DNA of 64,000 nucleotides from Lachnospiraceae bacterium UBA1721. Its GTDB lineage: Bacteria; Bacillota; Clostridia; Lachnospirales; Lachnospiraceae. Position numbers and translations under genes: made by a program. Each line of letters starts with the position of its first letter. Within the stretch, counting starts at the first letter, position 1. This document shows, piece after piece, positions 1-9,674 of this stretch. Location: contig DCIR01000012.1 in the NCBI GenBank assembly GCA_002317155.1, positions 23,976 through 87,975 of the forward strand. Reading direction: 5' to 3'. Below the pieces are notes generated by a model. The model ran no database searches. It saw only the letters and a list, made by a program, of their open reading frames with translations, and was not told where the DNA came from.

Positions 1-586
1 ATGATAATCTCGGATTGGCCGGAATTCCCGAGCCCTTGAGCATTATGATAATAAAAACCAGTGCTGCCAAAAGCATCATTACAACACCGAAAAAATAATG
101 CTTTCCTGCGGACTTTTTTTCTTCTTTTTCATTAAGAGCTGCATTCAATTCTTTTATATCGGAATTGTATATTTCCTGAAACTTAACAAAATCACTGTCA
201 TTCTTGAATAAGGTCTCCGCCTTAACGTATGACTGTTCAATCTTACTAAGCCATGCCTCTGATATTTTTCTCTCCGTACCTGTAGCACTGAGATGCTTTT
301 TAGTATCAAAATTGGAAGTCGCCAGCAAAAGAAACTCAAAAATATCTGCCTTGGCATTGGGAATCGGATAATTCTTGATAAGTTCAATCTTTTGCATTAC
401 AGATATAGTTTTCGACAAGTCCTCTGTAAACTGCTTAACCGAAGAAGCACTTTCAACCTCTCTCAGTTCAAGTCCGCAGGCGGGGCATTTTGCCTCGAGT
501 GCCTTGAGCACCTGTCCGCAGCTTGGGCATTTTGATATTATTCCGCTGAACTTCTGAATACGCTCGCCATTATATTCATTCGACAT
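1..586 (-). CDS. Zinc-ribbon protein with a downstream TM segment; runs off the left edge (partial)
   Basis: Hand translation from ATG 586: MSNEYNGERIQKFSGIISKCPSCGQVLKALEAKCPACG..., open to position 1, with hydrophobic stretch YFFGVVMMLLAALVFIIIML. RBS-like AGGGTGG upstream. Not in the ORF track. Confidence 0.8.
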   Translation of the reverse strand, partial: MSNEYNGERIQKFSGIISKCPSCGQVLKALEAKCPACGLELREVESASSVKQFTEDLSKTISVMQKIELIKNYPIPNAKADIFEFLLLATSNFDTKKHLSATGTERKISEAWLSKIEQSYVKAETLFKNDSDFVKFQEIYNSDIKELNAALNEKEEKKSAGKHYFFGVVMMLLAALVFIIIMLKGSGIPANPRLS

Positions 587-595
587 TCGTCCACC

Positions 596-751
596 CTAAT
601 TAACCCTTAATAAATTCACATATTCGTTAAAGGCCCATGCAATGCCCTTTCCAATGTACTTAAATAAAAAAACCAGTGCTATAATCACAACGATTCCAAC
701 TATAATTTCTACAATTCGGCCACCGCCAGATTGTCCTTTATTCTCGTTCAT
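596..751 (-). CDS. Small single-pass membrane protein (~51 aa), not in the ORF track
   Basis: GGAGG (757-761) 5 nt before ATG 751 (alternative ATG 754). MNENKGQSGGGRIVEIIVGIVVIIALVFLFKYIGKGIAWAFNEYVNLLRVN*. Fills the gap between co-oriented genes. Confidence 0.75.
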   Translation of the reverse strand: MNENKGQSGGGRIVEIIVGIVVIIALVFLFKYIGKGIAWAFNEYVNLLRVN

Positions 752-766
752 CATTTCCTCCGGAGC

Positions 767-1030
767 TTAACTTTCTACAATTAAATATCTTCCGTCCCCG
801 ATTTCAAACACCTCATCAGCCTGAAGAATATCACCATCAACTCCGCCATCCATATCTACACCTTCTTCTTCGAAGTACTCTACAACTTCATCTGCGCTGT
901 CTACCACAACAGCCATTACTTCAGTGAGAAAGTCATCTGCTTCCTCCAGAGTCTCGGCAACTCTCTCATCAAACAGCTGCTCCTGCTTTTCCAAAAATGC
1001 ATTCAGCACCTTATCATCATAACTTCTCAT
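767..1030 (-). CDS. Small acidic hypothetical protein (87 aa)
   Basis: Very D/E-rich ORF with GGAGG RBS; start overlaps the maf stop. Confidence 0.8.
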   Translation of the reverse strand: MRSYDDKVLNAFLEKQEQLFDERVAETLEEADDFLTEVMAVVVDSADEVVEYFEEEGVDMDGGVDGDILQADEVFEIGDGRYLIVES

Positions 1031-1596
1031 TACAATACCTCCTTGATTTCCTGATATAATCTTCCGATGGGCAGGCCCACTACATTGTTGTAGTCACCCT
1101 CTATTCCCTTAATATATCTGGCGCAAAAGCCCTGTATTCCATAAGCTCCCGCTTTATCCATAGGATCCTTGGTTGCTATATACTCTCTGATCTCTTCATC
1201 AGTCATTTCATAAAAATGTACTTCAGTGCACTCATGGAAAGTAATCCTCTCGACAGTATCCGTCACCTTGAGAAGAGTCACTCCGGTGTATACCTCATGC
1301 GCTCTGCCGCTCAACTGTCTGAGCATCTCGAAAGCTCCTTCTTCGCCGTTAGGTTTACCTAAAATTGTATTCCCGTTAGCCACGACAGTATCGGCTCCGA
1401 TAATAATCACATCCTTGAGATTATACTCATCAGCCACAGCCTTGGCCTTTACATATGACAGTTCCTCTACCAGCTTGGCCGGCTCATCGCAATCAACATT
1501 TTCATCAGCATTGCTCACAATAACCTCATATTCAAGGCCTATCTGTGTAAGCAGTTCTCTTCTTCTCGGAGAACCTGATGCCAAAACAATACGCAT
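1030..1596 (-). CDS. maf: Maf family nucleoside triphosphate pyrophosphatase
   Basis: LASGSPRR, IIGADTVV, DKAGAYGIQG and NVVGLP motifs. Likely start 1596 (ORF track 1617). Confidence 0.95.
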   Translation of the reverse strand: MRIVLASGSPRRRELLTQIGLEYEVIVSNADENVDCDEPAKLVEELSYVKAKAVADEYNLKDVIIIGADTVVANGNTILGKPNGEEGAFEMLRQLSGRAHEVYTGVTLLKVTDTVERITFHECTEVHFYEMTDEEIREYIATKDPMDKAGAYGIQGFCARYIKGIEGDYNNVVGLPIGRLYQEIKEVL

Positions 1597-1667
1597 TATT
1601 GCATCCTCGTTTCTCATTCATTTGATACACCGCATATCGTGTATACCAACATATAAATTAATCTTTA

Positions 1668-3863
1668 TCAATCCTTAGGCAAAGCACTCTCTGAAGGACT
1701 CATCGCAGGAATAAATCTTCTTCCGTTGTTATCCTCCTTGGGAAGCGAAGCCTCATATTTTTCCTTGGCTTCCTGCACAAATATTGCCTGAGAGTTAACG
1801 GTCTTTTTACCACGCCTGTCAGGCTTATGATATGAATAGCTGTCAGGCTCCAAAACAGAAGCTCCTATATTATCCATAAGCTCGGTATCAAGTATATGTC
1901 TGAGTTCTGCCTTATGTCTCTCATCCTTAACCGGGAAAACAATCTCCACACGACGCTCAAGATTACGAGGCATCCAGTCTGCAGATCCGCAGTATATCTC
2001 ATTATTGCCTGCATTTTCAAAATAGAAAATACGGCTGTGCTCAAGGAAAGTACCCACAATAGATCTTACGGTTATATTTTCACTTACATTGGGAATACCA
2101 ACCTTAAGGCAACAGATACCACGTACTATAAGATCGATCTTTACTCCGGCTGCGCTTGCCGCATAGAGCTCTGCAATAATATCCGGATCGCACAGCGAAT
2201 TCATCTTAGCAATAATATGAGCACTTTTTTTAGCCTTAACATTGGCTACCTCACGGCGAATCAGATAAATAAATCTTTCCTTAAGCCAAAGTGGAGCAAG
2301 AAGAAGATCATTCCATCCTTCAGGCTCTGAATATCCTGAAAGCATGTTGAATACTGCAGTTGCATCCTCACCGATTTTGGAATCACAGGTGAAAAGACCA
2401 ATATCAGTATACAGCTTTGCAGTTGAATCGTTATAGTTACCTGTACCGAGATGTACATATCTTCTGATACCGTCATCGTCTTTTCTTACTACAAGAGTAA
2501 TCTTACTGTGAGTCTTAAGACCTACGAGTCCATATATTACATGGCAGCCAGCTTTCTCAAGCTGCTTAGCCCATTCAATATTATGCTCTTCATCAAAACG
2601 AGCCTTGAGTTCTACCAAAACAGTAACCTGCTTGCCTTCTCCGGCAGCCTTCTGAAGTGCTGCAATAATAGGCGAATTACCGCTTACTCTGTAAAGAGTC
2701 TGCTTGATTGCAAGAACCTTCGGGTCTGTCGCTGCCTGTCTGATAAAGTCTACTACAGGAGTAAAGCTCTGATAAGGATGGTGCATAAGCACATCACCCT
2801 TTCTGATTCCTTCGAAAATAGATTCCACTCCCTCAAATTCAGGAACGGCAACAGGAGTATGCTTAGCTTCCTTGAGATTATCAAATCCGCTCATTCCGTA
2901 TATCTTCATGCATACAGTCAGATCAAGAGGTCCGTCTATGCGATATACCTCTTCGTCATCAATCTTAAGTTCTTTTTTAAGGAATTTAAGCAGGCGCTTA
3001 TCCATTCCTTCTTCAATCTCAAGACGGATGGCATCACCACGCTGACGCTTTTTAACCTGCTTTTGAATCTCCTGAAGCAAATCCTCTGCCTCTTCCTCCT
3101 GAAGAGTAAAGTCTCCGTTTCTGGTAATTCTATAGTGCTGTGCACAGATAATATCATAGTGAAGGAAAAGCTTAGAGATATTTCTCTCTATTATCTCCTC
3201 CAGCATAATAATTCTAAGAGGAGCACCTGCTTCCTTCTTGTCAGCCTTCTCTGCATCTGTATTTTCAGACTCAGCTGCAGGAAGCACAACCACTCTGTCA
3301 AGAACACTGGGGACCTGTACGGTTGCAAATTCAAGTTCATCCTTTGTTCCCTTTTTACGAACCATAGCACCAAGGTTAAGTGTCTTATTTCTGATCAAAG
3401 GAAATGGTCTTGATGAATCTACCGCCATAGGAGTAAGAACGGGATAAACCGACTCCATAAAATACTTATCCACGTATTCCTTCTCGGCATCAGTCAGATC
3501 CTCATGATGCTTAACGATCTCAAGTCCCGCCTTCAAAAGTGCGGGCACAAGCGAACGGTTAAATGCATTGTACTGTTCTTCTACCAGCATATGTATCTCG
3601 GCAAGCAATGCCTCAAGCTGCTTCTTGGGCTTCATTCCGGCGATATCCTTCTTTTCATAACCGGCATGAATCATATCGATCAAAGATGCCACTCTGACCA
3701 TGAAAAATTCATCCAGATTAGAAGAAACAATACTCATAAACTTAAGGCGCTCAAAAAGAGGCACCTTCTTGTTTTTAGCTTCATTAAGAACTCTGTGATC
3801 AAACTGAACCCAGCTAATCTCACGGTTTACATAATATTTAGGATCGTAAAAATTGTTCTTCAA
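1668..3863 (-). CDS. ppk: Polyphosphate kinase 1
   Basis: NREISW, SSNLDEFFMVRVA, ELKARFDEE, GLKTHSK, FLEHSR and SADWMPRNL motifs. Confidence 0.97.
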   Translation of the reverse strand: MKNNFYDPKYYVNREISWVQFDHRVLNEAKNKKVPLFERLKFMSIVSSNLDEFFMVRVASLIDMIHAGYEKKDIAGMKPKKQLEALLAEIHMLVEEQYNAFNRSLVPALLKAGLEIVKHHEDLTDAEKEYVDKYFMESVYPVLTPMAVDSSRPFPLIRNKTLNLGAMVRKKGTKDELEFATVQVPSVLDRVVVLPAAESENTDAEKADKKEAGAPLRIIMLEEIIERNISKLFLHYDIICAQHYRITRNGDFTLQEEEAEDLLQEIQKQVKKRQRGDAIRLEIEEGMDKRLLKFLKKELKIDDEEVYRIDGPLDLTVCMKIYGMSGFDNLKEAKHTPVAVPEFEGVESIFEGIRKGDVLMHHPYQSFTPVVDFIRQAATDPKVLAIKQTLYRVSGNSPIIAALQKAAGEGKQVTVLVELKARFDEEHNIEWAKQLEKAGCHVIYGLVGLKTHSKITLVVRKDDDGIRRYVHLGTGNYNDSTAKLYTDIGLFTCDSKIGEDATAVFNMLSGYSEPEGWNDLLLAPLWLKERFIYLIRREVANVKAKKSAHIIAKMNSLCDPDIIAELYAASAAGVKIDLIVRGICCLKVGIPNVSENITVRSIVGTFLEHSRIFYFENAGNNEIYCGSADWMPRNLERRVEIVFPVKDERHKAELRHILDTELMDNIGASVLEPDSYSYHKPDRRGKKTVNSQAIFVQEAKEKYEASLPKEDNNGRRFIPAMSPSESALPKD

Positions 3864-3930
3864 GCTGTTCTCCTTTTAGGTTATCAACTAAACCAATTAA
3901 GCTGAAATATTCAAATGACAATGACGCCTA

Positions 3931-5229
3931 CTAATTTGCAACATGACCGCCGAGCAAATAATCTATGAACTGTGTCGCTGTTCTGCCACTCAGACCACCA
4001 TGGGCAAGTTCCCACTTATTGGCCTCAAGCAACAGCTCTTCTTCAGGAAGAAGTATCTTATTCTTAGCGGCAAGTGCCTTGACAATCGCATCAAACTGCT
4101 TTTTGTCCGGTGACCCGAAATAGATGGTAACGCCGAAACGATATGCCAGTGAAAGCTTCTCCTGAACAGTATCGCCGGTGTGAAGATCCTGACGAATCTC
4201 CTCCTTGTCCGCTGTAGTCTCTCTGATTAAATGACGTCTGTTGGATGTTGCATAGATAAGCACATTCTCAGGTTTTTTCTCAAGGCCACCCTCGATAACC
4301 GCCTTAAGATATTTATACTCGATCTCAAAATCCTCGAATGAAAGGTCATCCATATAAATGATAAATCTGTAATTGCGCTTCTTAATCTGAGCAATTACCT
4401 CATTAAGATCCTGGAACTGATGCTTATACACCTCGATGATTCTAAGACCTCTGTCATAATACTCATTTGCAATCGCCTTGATACATGAAGACTTACCCGT
4501 ACCCGCATCACCAAAAAGTAAGCAGTTATTAGCCTTAAGTCCCATTACAAATGACTCGGTATTGTTGCGCAGCTTACGCTTCGCAGTCTCATATCCGACA
4601 AGGTCATCGAATCTTACATGAGCTATATTCAAAATAGGTACGATATGAACACCAGACTCATCGTGCTCAATTCTGAATGACTTGTGAAGTCCGAACTTTC
4701 CTACACCGTACTCCTTGTAGAACTTGGTAAGAACCTTCTTCATTTCCTCAGGGTCTTCAGCCTCGCCGAGCCATACTGCAAGTTCGCAGATTCTCTTACA
4801 TATTCTGGTATTGTATACCTTACTTTCACGGGCACTTGAATCATACTCAAGAGCAAGTGAAAAATCCGGCACATCAAGCTTATCCATCAAGGGAGTAAAA
4901 TCAAAATCAAAAAGCTCCTTAAATATTCTGATATCATGAAGAGCGGCCTTATTGATAGTTCCCTCAATCTCACCTCTGATTTCACAGCCACAGCTATAGC
5001 TGTTCTCATTGTTAACAAGCAGATTGGTCAGATAGCAGTGCCAAAGGTTACCGTGGAATCCATAGCTTCCGGCCTGTTCGATGAGAAGGTGAAGACACTC
5101 ATACAGCAGATGTCTCAAATCCTCAACATTATAAAATTCATCGTCATAATGCGACATGAGCCATGCCATGTCGTTAAGTAATCTATCATCTTCAAAATCG
5201 CGGTATACGATAAGTTCCTGTTCTCTCAT
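3931..5229 (-). CDS. AAA+ ATP-binding protein (DUF815-like)
   Basis: Walker A GDAGTGKS, Walker B IIYMDD, YATSNRRHL, EKLSLAYRFG. Confidence 0.85.
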   Translation of the reverse strand: MREQELIVYRDFEDDRLLNDMAWLMSHYDDEFYNVEDLRHLLYECLHLLIEQAGSYGFHGNLWHCYLTNLLVNNENSYSCGCEIRGEIEGTINKAALHDIRIFKELFDFDFTPLMDKLDVPDFSLALEYDSSARESKVYNTRICKRICELAVWLGEAEDPEEMKKVLTKFYKEYGVGKFGLHKSFRIEHDESGVHIVPILNIAHVRFDDLVGYETAKRKLRNNTESFVMGLKANNCLLFGDAGTGKSSCIKAIANEYYDRGLRIIEVYKHQFQDLNEVIAQIKKRNYRFIIYMDDLSFEDFEIEYKYLKAVIEGGLEKKPENVLIYATSNRRHLIRETTADKEEIRQDLHTGDTVQEKLSLAYRFGVTIYFGSPDKKQFDAIVKALAAKNKILLPEEELLLEANKWELAHGGLSGRTATQFIDYLLGGHVAN

Positions 5230-5250
5230 ACCCTAATCCTCCGGACATCC

Positions 5251-6390
5251 TTAATAATTACCAAGGATTTTCATATTTGCCGCTTCATCGCGAAGCCCTC
5301 TGAGTGCATTCTTAACTGCACTGTCCGCGAGATTGCCCTCTATGTCGATGAAGAATCTGTATTCCCAGTCGCGACCTTCTATAGGTCTACTCTCAATCTT
5401 GGTCATATTAAGATTGTTGTAGATAAAATGGCTGAGCATGTGATACAGTGATCCGCTCTCATGAGGTACCTCAAAGCAGATGCTTATCTTATTTGCATCC
5501 TTTTTGAAAATCTTCTGATTGGTAACAATAATAAATCTGGTCGAATTGGTTCCCGAATTATTTACACCTTTCTTGATAACATCAAGTCCGTACAGCTTAC
5601 CTGCAAGTTCACTTGCAACTGCTGCCTGGGTAATATCTTTGTCTTCTGATACCTTCTTGGCCGCAAAAGCATTATTCTGCATACTGATCTGACGCCAGTT
5701 ATGTTCTGAAAGGTATCTTGCAGACTGCATAAGTGCCTGAGGATGTGAATATACTGTCTTGATATCAGCTTCGGTAGCACCGGGAACACCGAGCAGACAA
5801 TGCTCAATGCTTATTGTATGCTCGCCTACAATATAATTTTCGAACTCACACAAAAGGTCATATATCTCACTTACTATTCCGGCAGTAGAGTTCTCGATAG
5901 GAAGAACCGCAAAGTCTGCACTTCCCTCGTCAATTGCACTCATAGCGTCTCTGAAAGTATCTACATGGAAGGAATTAACCTTATCACCAAAATACTCATT
6001 CATGGCAATCTGTGAATATGCGCCTTCAGCTCCCTGGAACACAACACGCGCCTTATTGACATCAAGCTCGTCGACACCAATAAAGGGCAGGCGGCCCATA
6101 CTTCCGTGTTCTGCCAACATCTTATACTGAAGCTTACGGCTCATAGACATAATCTGCTCAAAGAGCTCTTCTATACCGTGACTGTTAAACTCGTTATGCG
6201 TAAGTGACTTAACCTTGGCAAGCTTCTCCTGCTCACGCTGCTTATCAAACACCTTCTTACCGGTCTCGATTTTATACTCTGCAACCTTACCGCAAAGGTC
6301 CATTCTTTTCTCATAAAGTTCAACAATCTGACGATCAACATCATCCAGCTGACCGCGAATTTCCAAAAGATCCATTTTCATAATCCTCAC
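5251..6390 (-). CDS. pheA: Chorismate mutase / prephenate dehydratase with ACT domain
   Basis: N-terminal CM (IRGQLDDVD), QGAEGAYS, PIENSTAG, NSTRF, TKIESRP. True start may be 6381 or 6375. Confidence 0.95.
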   Translation of the reverse strand: MRIMKMDLLEIRGQLDDVDRQIVELYEKRMDLCGKVAEYKIETGKKVFDKQREQEKLAKVKSLTHNEFNSHGIEELFEQIMSMSRKLQYKMLAEHGSMGRLPFIGVDELDVNKARVVFQGAEGAYSQIAMNEYFGDKVNSFHVDTFRDAMSAIDEGSADFAVLPIENSTAGIVSEIYDLLCEFENYIVGEHTISIEHCLLGVPGATEADIKTVYSHPQALMQSARYLSEHNWRQISMQNNAFAAKKVSEDKDITQAAVASELAGKLYGLDVIKKGVNNSGTNSTRFIIVTNQKIFKKDANKISICFEVPHESGSLYHMLSHFIYNNLNMTKIESRPIEGRDWEYRFFIDIEGNLADSAVKNALRGLRDEAANMKILGNY

Positions 6391-6579
6391 ATTTTAAATC
6401 CGATATATTAGGCCCTCATATTATTGAGTACACATACCAATAATTTACTATTAATTCGCTGTTATATCAAGTAAATATCGAGTAAAAGAGCCTATGCAAA
6501 AGTCATATTCTACACTATACTTACTGTGTAGATTTTTGTAGTAAAATATAGGCTGAATAATTCTTTTTACGGAGTCTTT

Positions 6580-7620
6580 ATGAATAAAAATAAGAAAGTT
6601 AAATATACAATTATCGTAGCCGGTCTCGTGGTTGTTCTGGGCATCGGCATATTCTTAAGCATATTTTTTAACGTCAGAAGTACAAAAATACCGCCCAATC
6701 CTGCAGGCACTACCGGTAACACTGCCGGCAACATCAATAATGGTGGTCTGTTTGCGGAATCTAACGGTGTAGTCTATTTTGCCAACTCATTCGACGACGA
6801 TACACTTTACTGCATGAATTCGGATGAAACGAATATTAAAAAGATTTCATCCGCTCAGATCAGCAACCTTCTTGTTGCAGGCGACTATCTGTACTTTTTC
6901 CAGTTAGGAACATCCGGCAACACAGGTCTGGGAAGTGTCAGAGCTCCTCGCTCATTTAACCGTTGCCGACTCGATGGTTCCAAATCAGCATCTGTAGTTC
7001 GTGAGACGGTTATCAAGGCTCAGCTTGTTGATAATACTCTGTACATGCTCGCATCGGGTGATAACGGTTCATACTTTTTCCGCATAGAAACCAATGGTTC
7101 TGACAGAACAGCTCTTGCAGACTACATAATCAATCCCGCCGCATGCTACAACGGATTGATATATTACAACGGAACCGTATCCGACCATTATCTGTATTCA
7201 CTCAATCCTAAAGGCGATATAGTTACTCCTGTTTTGGAGTATAATATGTGGAATCCTGTGGTATACAACGGCTATGTATATTTCATGGATCTTAATAACG
7301 ATTACAGACTCTGCCGATATAATCTTGGAGGTGATTCTGTTGAGATTCTTGCAAAAGACAGAGTTCAGGCCTTTAACGTAGGCAGCGGCTATGTATACTA
7401 TCAGACTATGGGCGAAAATGCAGGCCTGTACTGCATGCTCTGTGACGGAAGCCAAAGCATACAGCTTGCATACGGTGAATTCTGCGATATAAGCATGACC
7501 TCACAGTATGTTTACTTTAAAAATTACTTTGATCAGGCAATCACCTATCACTCACCAATAGGTTCAGCAACCTATGAATCCTTTACTGCTGCCGGCAAGG
7601 CTGCTTTAGAAGGCAAATAA
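6580..7620 (+). CDS. Membrane-anchored beta-propeller protein (DUF5050-like)
   Basis: N-terminal TM helix, GNTAGNINNGG motif, repeated YIYY/YVYF blades. Confidence 0.75.
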   Translation: MNKNKKVKYTIIVAGLVVVLGIGIFLSIFFNVRSTKIPPNPAGTTGNTAGNINNGGLFAESNGVVYFANSFDDDTLYCMNSDETNIKKISSAQISNLLVAGDYLYFFQLGTSGNTGLGSVRAPRSFNRCRLDGSKSASVVRETVIKAQLVDNTLYMLASGDNGSYFFRIETNGSDRTALADYIINPAACYNGLIYYNGTVSDHYLYSLNPKGDIVTPVLEYNMWNPVVYNGYVYFMDLNNDYRLCRYNLGGDSVEILAKDRVQAFNVGSGYVYYQTMGENAGLYCMLCDGSQSIQLAYGEFCDISMTSQYVYFKNYFDQAITYHSPIGSATYESFTAAGKAALEGK

Positions 7621-7653
7621 AAAATAATTAAAAATACATATTGGAGTACTAAA

Positions 7654-8970
7654 ATGTATCCGGTTATTATCATCGCAGCAACCGTATGTGTGCTGCTTAT
7701 CGCAACTGTATTAACCAATCCTGTATTACCTATAGGACAATATAAGATCAGAATCTTTTACTGGACCGCGCCGGTTATCGGTGCACTGACCCTCATTATA
7801 AGCAGACTGCTTCCTCTTAAGACTGTATGGACCGGACTGACTTCGGCAGGCAGCATTAATCCCTTGAAGATACTAGTACTCTTCATATCAATGACCACTC
7901 TCTCCATATTTCTTGATGAAGCCGGTCTGTTTTCATATCTCGCCGGAGTGGCATTAAAATCAGCTCGCACCAGCCAGACCAAACTCTTTTTGATTTTGTT
8001 TGCGCTTGTTTCTGTCCTGACCGTATTTACCAGCAACGATATTATTATTCTTACATTCACACCTTTCATCTGCTATTTTTCCAGAAAAGCAGACATCGAT
8101 CCAATACCTTACCTCTTTGGAGAATTCGTAGCGGCCAATACCTGGAGCATGATGCTCATAATCGGTAACCCGACCAATATCTATCTGGCAATAGCCGCAA
8201 ATGTAGGCTTTGGAGCTTATACCGCCCACATGGCCATTCCTACTGTTTTCGCAGGCCTGGTTGCTTTGGGTATGCTTCTTTTGATATTCAGAAAGCCTTT
8301 ATCCAAGCCCATAAGTGTCGCTGAGGAAAAACCTTCCGTTCGTGACAAGGGCATGGTCATCATTGGTGTCATTCACCTGTCTATCTGCACCGTCCTCCTC
8401 GTAATATCATCTTACGTAGGACTCGAGATGTGGTATATTACATTGGGCTTTGCCGTAAGCCTGTTCATCTCCATCAACATTTATAAACGCGTAAAAAAGG
8501 TAAGACAGCCCATTCTTCGTCACACACTTGCACGCGCCCCCTGGGAGCTTATACCTTTTGTTTTGTCAATGTTCCTCATTGTATTATCACTTGAGGAATA
8601 TAATGTGACAGCACTCGCGTGCGAGGCTCTCGGCGAGACCTATCCGATATGGAAATACGGAGTTTCATCGTTCCTTGCCGCTAATGTGATGAACAATATA
8701 CCTATGGCTGTTGCATTCAGTTCCATAACCTCACATTTATCAGAAGGCTCTCTGATGCCCGCCTCATATGCAAGCATCATCGGTTCTAACCTCGGTGCTT
8801 ACTTTACTCCTCTCGGAGCCTTGGCCGGTATAATGTGGGCAGGCATACTCAAGAAAATGGGTATTCCATTCTCTTTCAAAAAATACATAAGCTACGGTGT
8901 CCGAATATCTATTCCTGTCTTAGCCGCTGCATTGGCAGGCCTGACACTTGTATTTATGTTTATGAAATGA
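7654..8970 (+). CDS. ArsB/NhaD (IT superfamily) membrane transporter
   Basis: Many TM helices; SNDIIILTFTP, IGNPTNI and GSNLGAYFTPLGALAGIMW motifs. Confidence 0.85.
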   Translation: MYPVIIIAATVCVLLIATVLTNPVLPIGQYKIRIFYWTAPVIGALTLIISRLLPLKTVWTGLTSAGSINPLKILVLFISMTTLSIFLDEAGLFSYLAGVALKSARTSQTKLFLILFALVSVLTVFTSNDIIILTFTPFICYFSRKADIDPIPYLFGEFVAANTWSMMLIIGNPTNIYLAIAANVGFGAYTAHMAIPTVFAGLVALGMLLLIFRKPLSKPISVAEEKPSVRDKGMVIIGVIHLSICTVLLVISSYVGLEMWYITLGFAVSLFISINIYKRVKKVRQPILRHTLARAPWELIPFVLSMFLIVLSLEEYNVTALACEALGETYPIWKYGVSSFLAANVMNNIPMAVAFSSITSHLSEGSLMPASYASIIGSNLGAYFTPLGALAGIMWAGILKKMGIPFSFKKYISYGVRISIPVLAAALAGLTLVFMFMK

Positions 8971-9029
8971 TTTATTCTTAAAAAGAATTTTCCAGCTTTT
9001 CAACCAATAACCTCCCTAAGAAAAAAAAC

Positions 9030-9053
9030 AGGCGAGTCCAAACGGACTCGCCT
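9030..9053. terminator. Hairpin terminator between convergent genes
   Basis: AGGCGAGTCC-AAAC-GGACTCGCCT, with an A-run on the left (U-tract for the minus strand). Confidence 0.8.
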
Positions 9054-9066
9054 CCTTTGTTCACTA

Positions 9067-9393
9067 TTAATCTTCCTCTTCGAGGTGTTCAATACCTGTA
9101 CTCAGAATAGTAAAAATATGTGAATCAGCCAACGCATAAAAAATAGTCTTACCATCTCTTCTGTTCTTAACCAAATCCATCTGCTTAAGCACTCTGAGCT
9201 GATGTGAAACCGCTGATTCACTCATACCGATTCCTGATGCAATATCCTGTACACACATCTCAGATACGAGCAAAACATTCAAAATCTTAAGACGTGTAGC
9301 ATCCCCAAACACCTTAAAAAATTCAGCCAGCTCCTGAAGCTCTTCATCAGGCGGAAGCTGCTGATCTATTTTTTTCTTCAACATATCATCCAT
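9067..9393 (-). CDS. ArsR/SmtB family metal-sensing repressor (alpha5, CzrA/SmtB-type)
   Basis: FKVFGDATRLKIL, SAVSHQLRVLK HTH; DSH-x10-H-x2-E site (DSHIFTILSTGIEHLEE). Confidence 0.92.
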   Translation of the reverse strand: MDDMLKKKIDQQLPPDEELQELAEFFKVFGDATRLKILNVLLVSEMCVQDIASGIGMSESAVSHQLRVLKQMDLVKNRRDGKTIFYALADSHIFTILSTGIEHLEEED

Positions 9394-9506
9394 CTAATCT
9401 GTCCCCCGTAGTATAAACATGTCGCTTAAAAATATCATCTAATAACATCACCTGAAGATATCTTTAACGATATAATTTGGAAATATCATTTGAACCCATC
9501 GATAAT

Positions 9507-9584
9507 CATATGAATGCAATTTTCAATTATTCATATGAACAACGCTCAATATAAAGAGTATAGCATCATACACCTTATCGTCAA
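9507..9584 (-). promoter_or_regulatory. sigmaA-type promoter plus ArsR/SmtB-type operator for the repressor gene
   Basis: Minus strand TTGACG (9584-9579), 16 nt, TGC-TATACT (9562-9557). Just downstream ATATGAACAACGCTCAATAT (9533-9552) and inverted repeat CATATGAAT-N13-ATTCATATG (9507-9537). Confidence 0.65.
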
Positions 9585-9674
9585 TCAATATATTTCAACC
9601 TGATCATATCAACATATTTCTCGATATAGTAGCAGCATCGTTTTATCATCTGATTATATTAACTGATTATTCTG

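Noticed and set aside
591-601. AATTAGGGTGG on the minus strand resembles a T-box
   Set aside because: Lacks the following ACC/CGCG, antiterminator and terminator. It is a stop codon plus RBS, and no amino-acid gene follows.
2451-3413. 320-aa plus-strand ORF
   Set aside because: Antisense shadow of ppk with no recognisable motifs.
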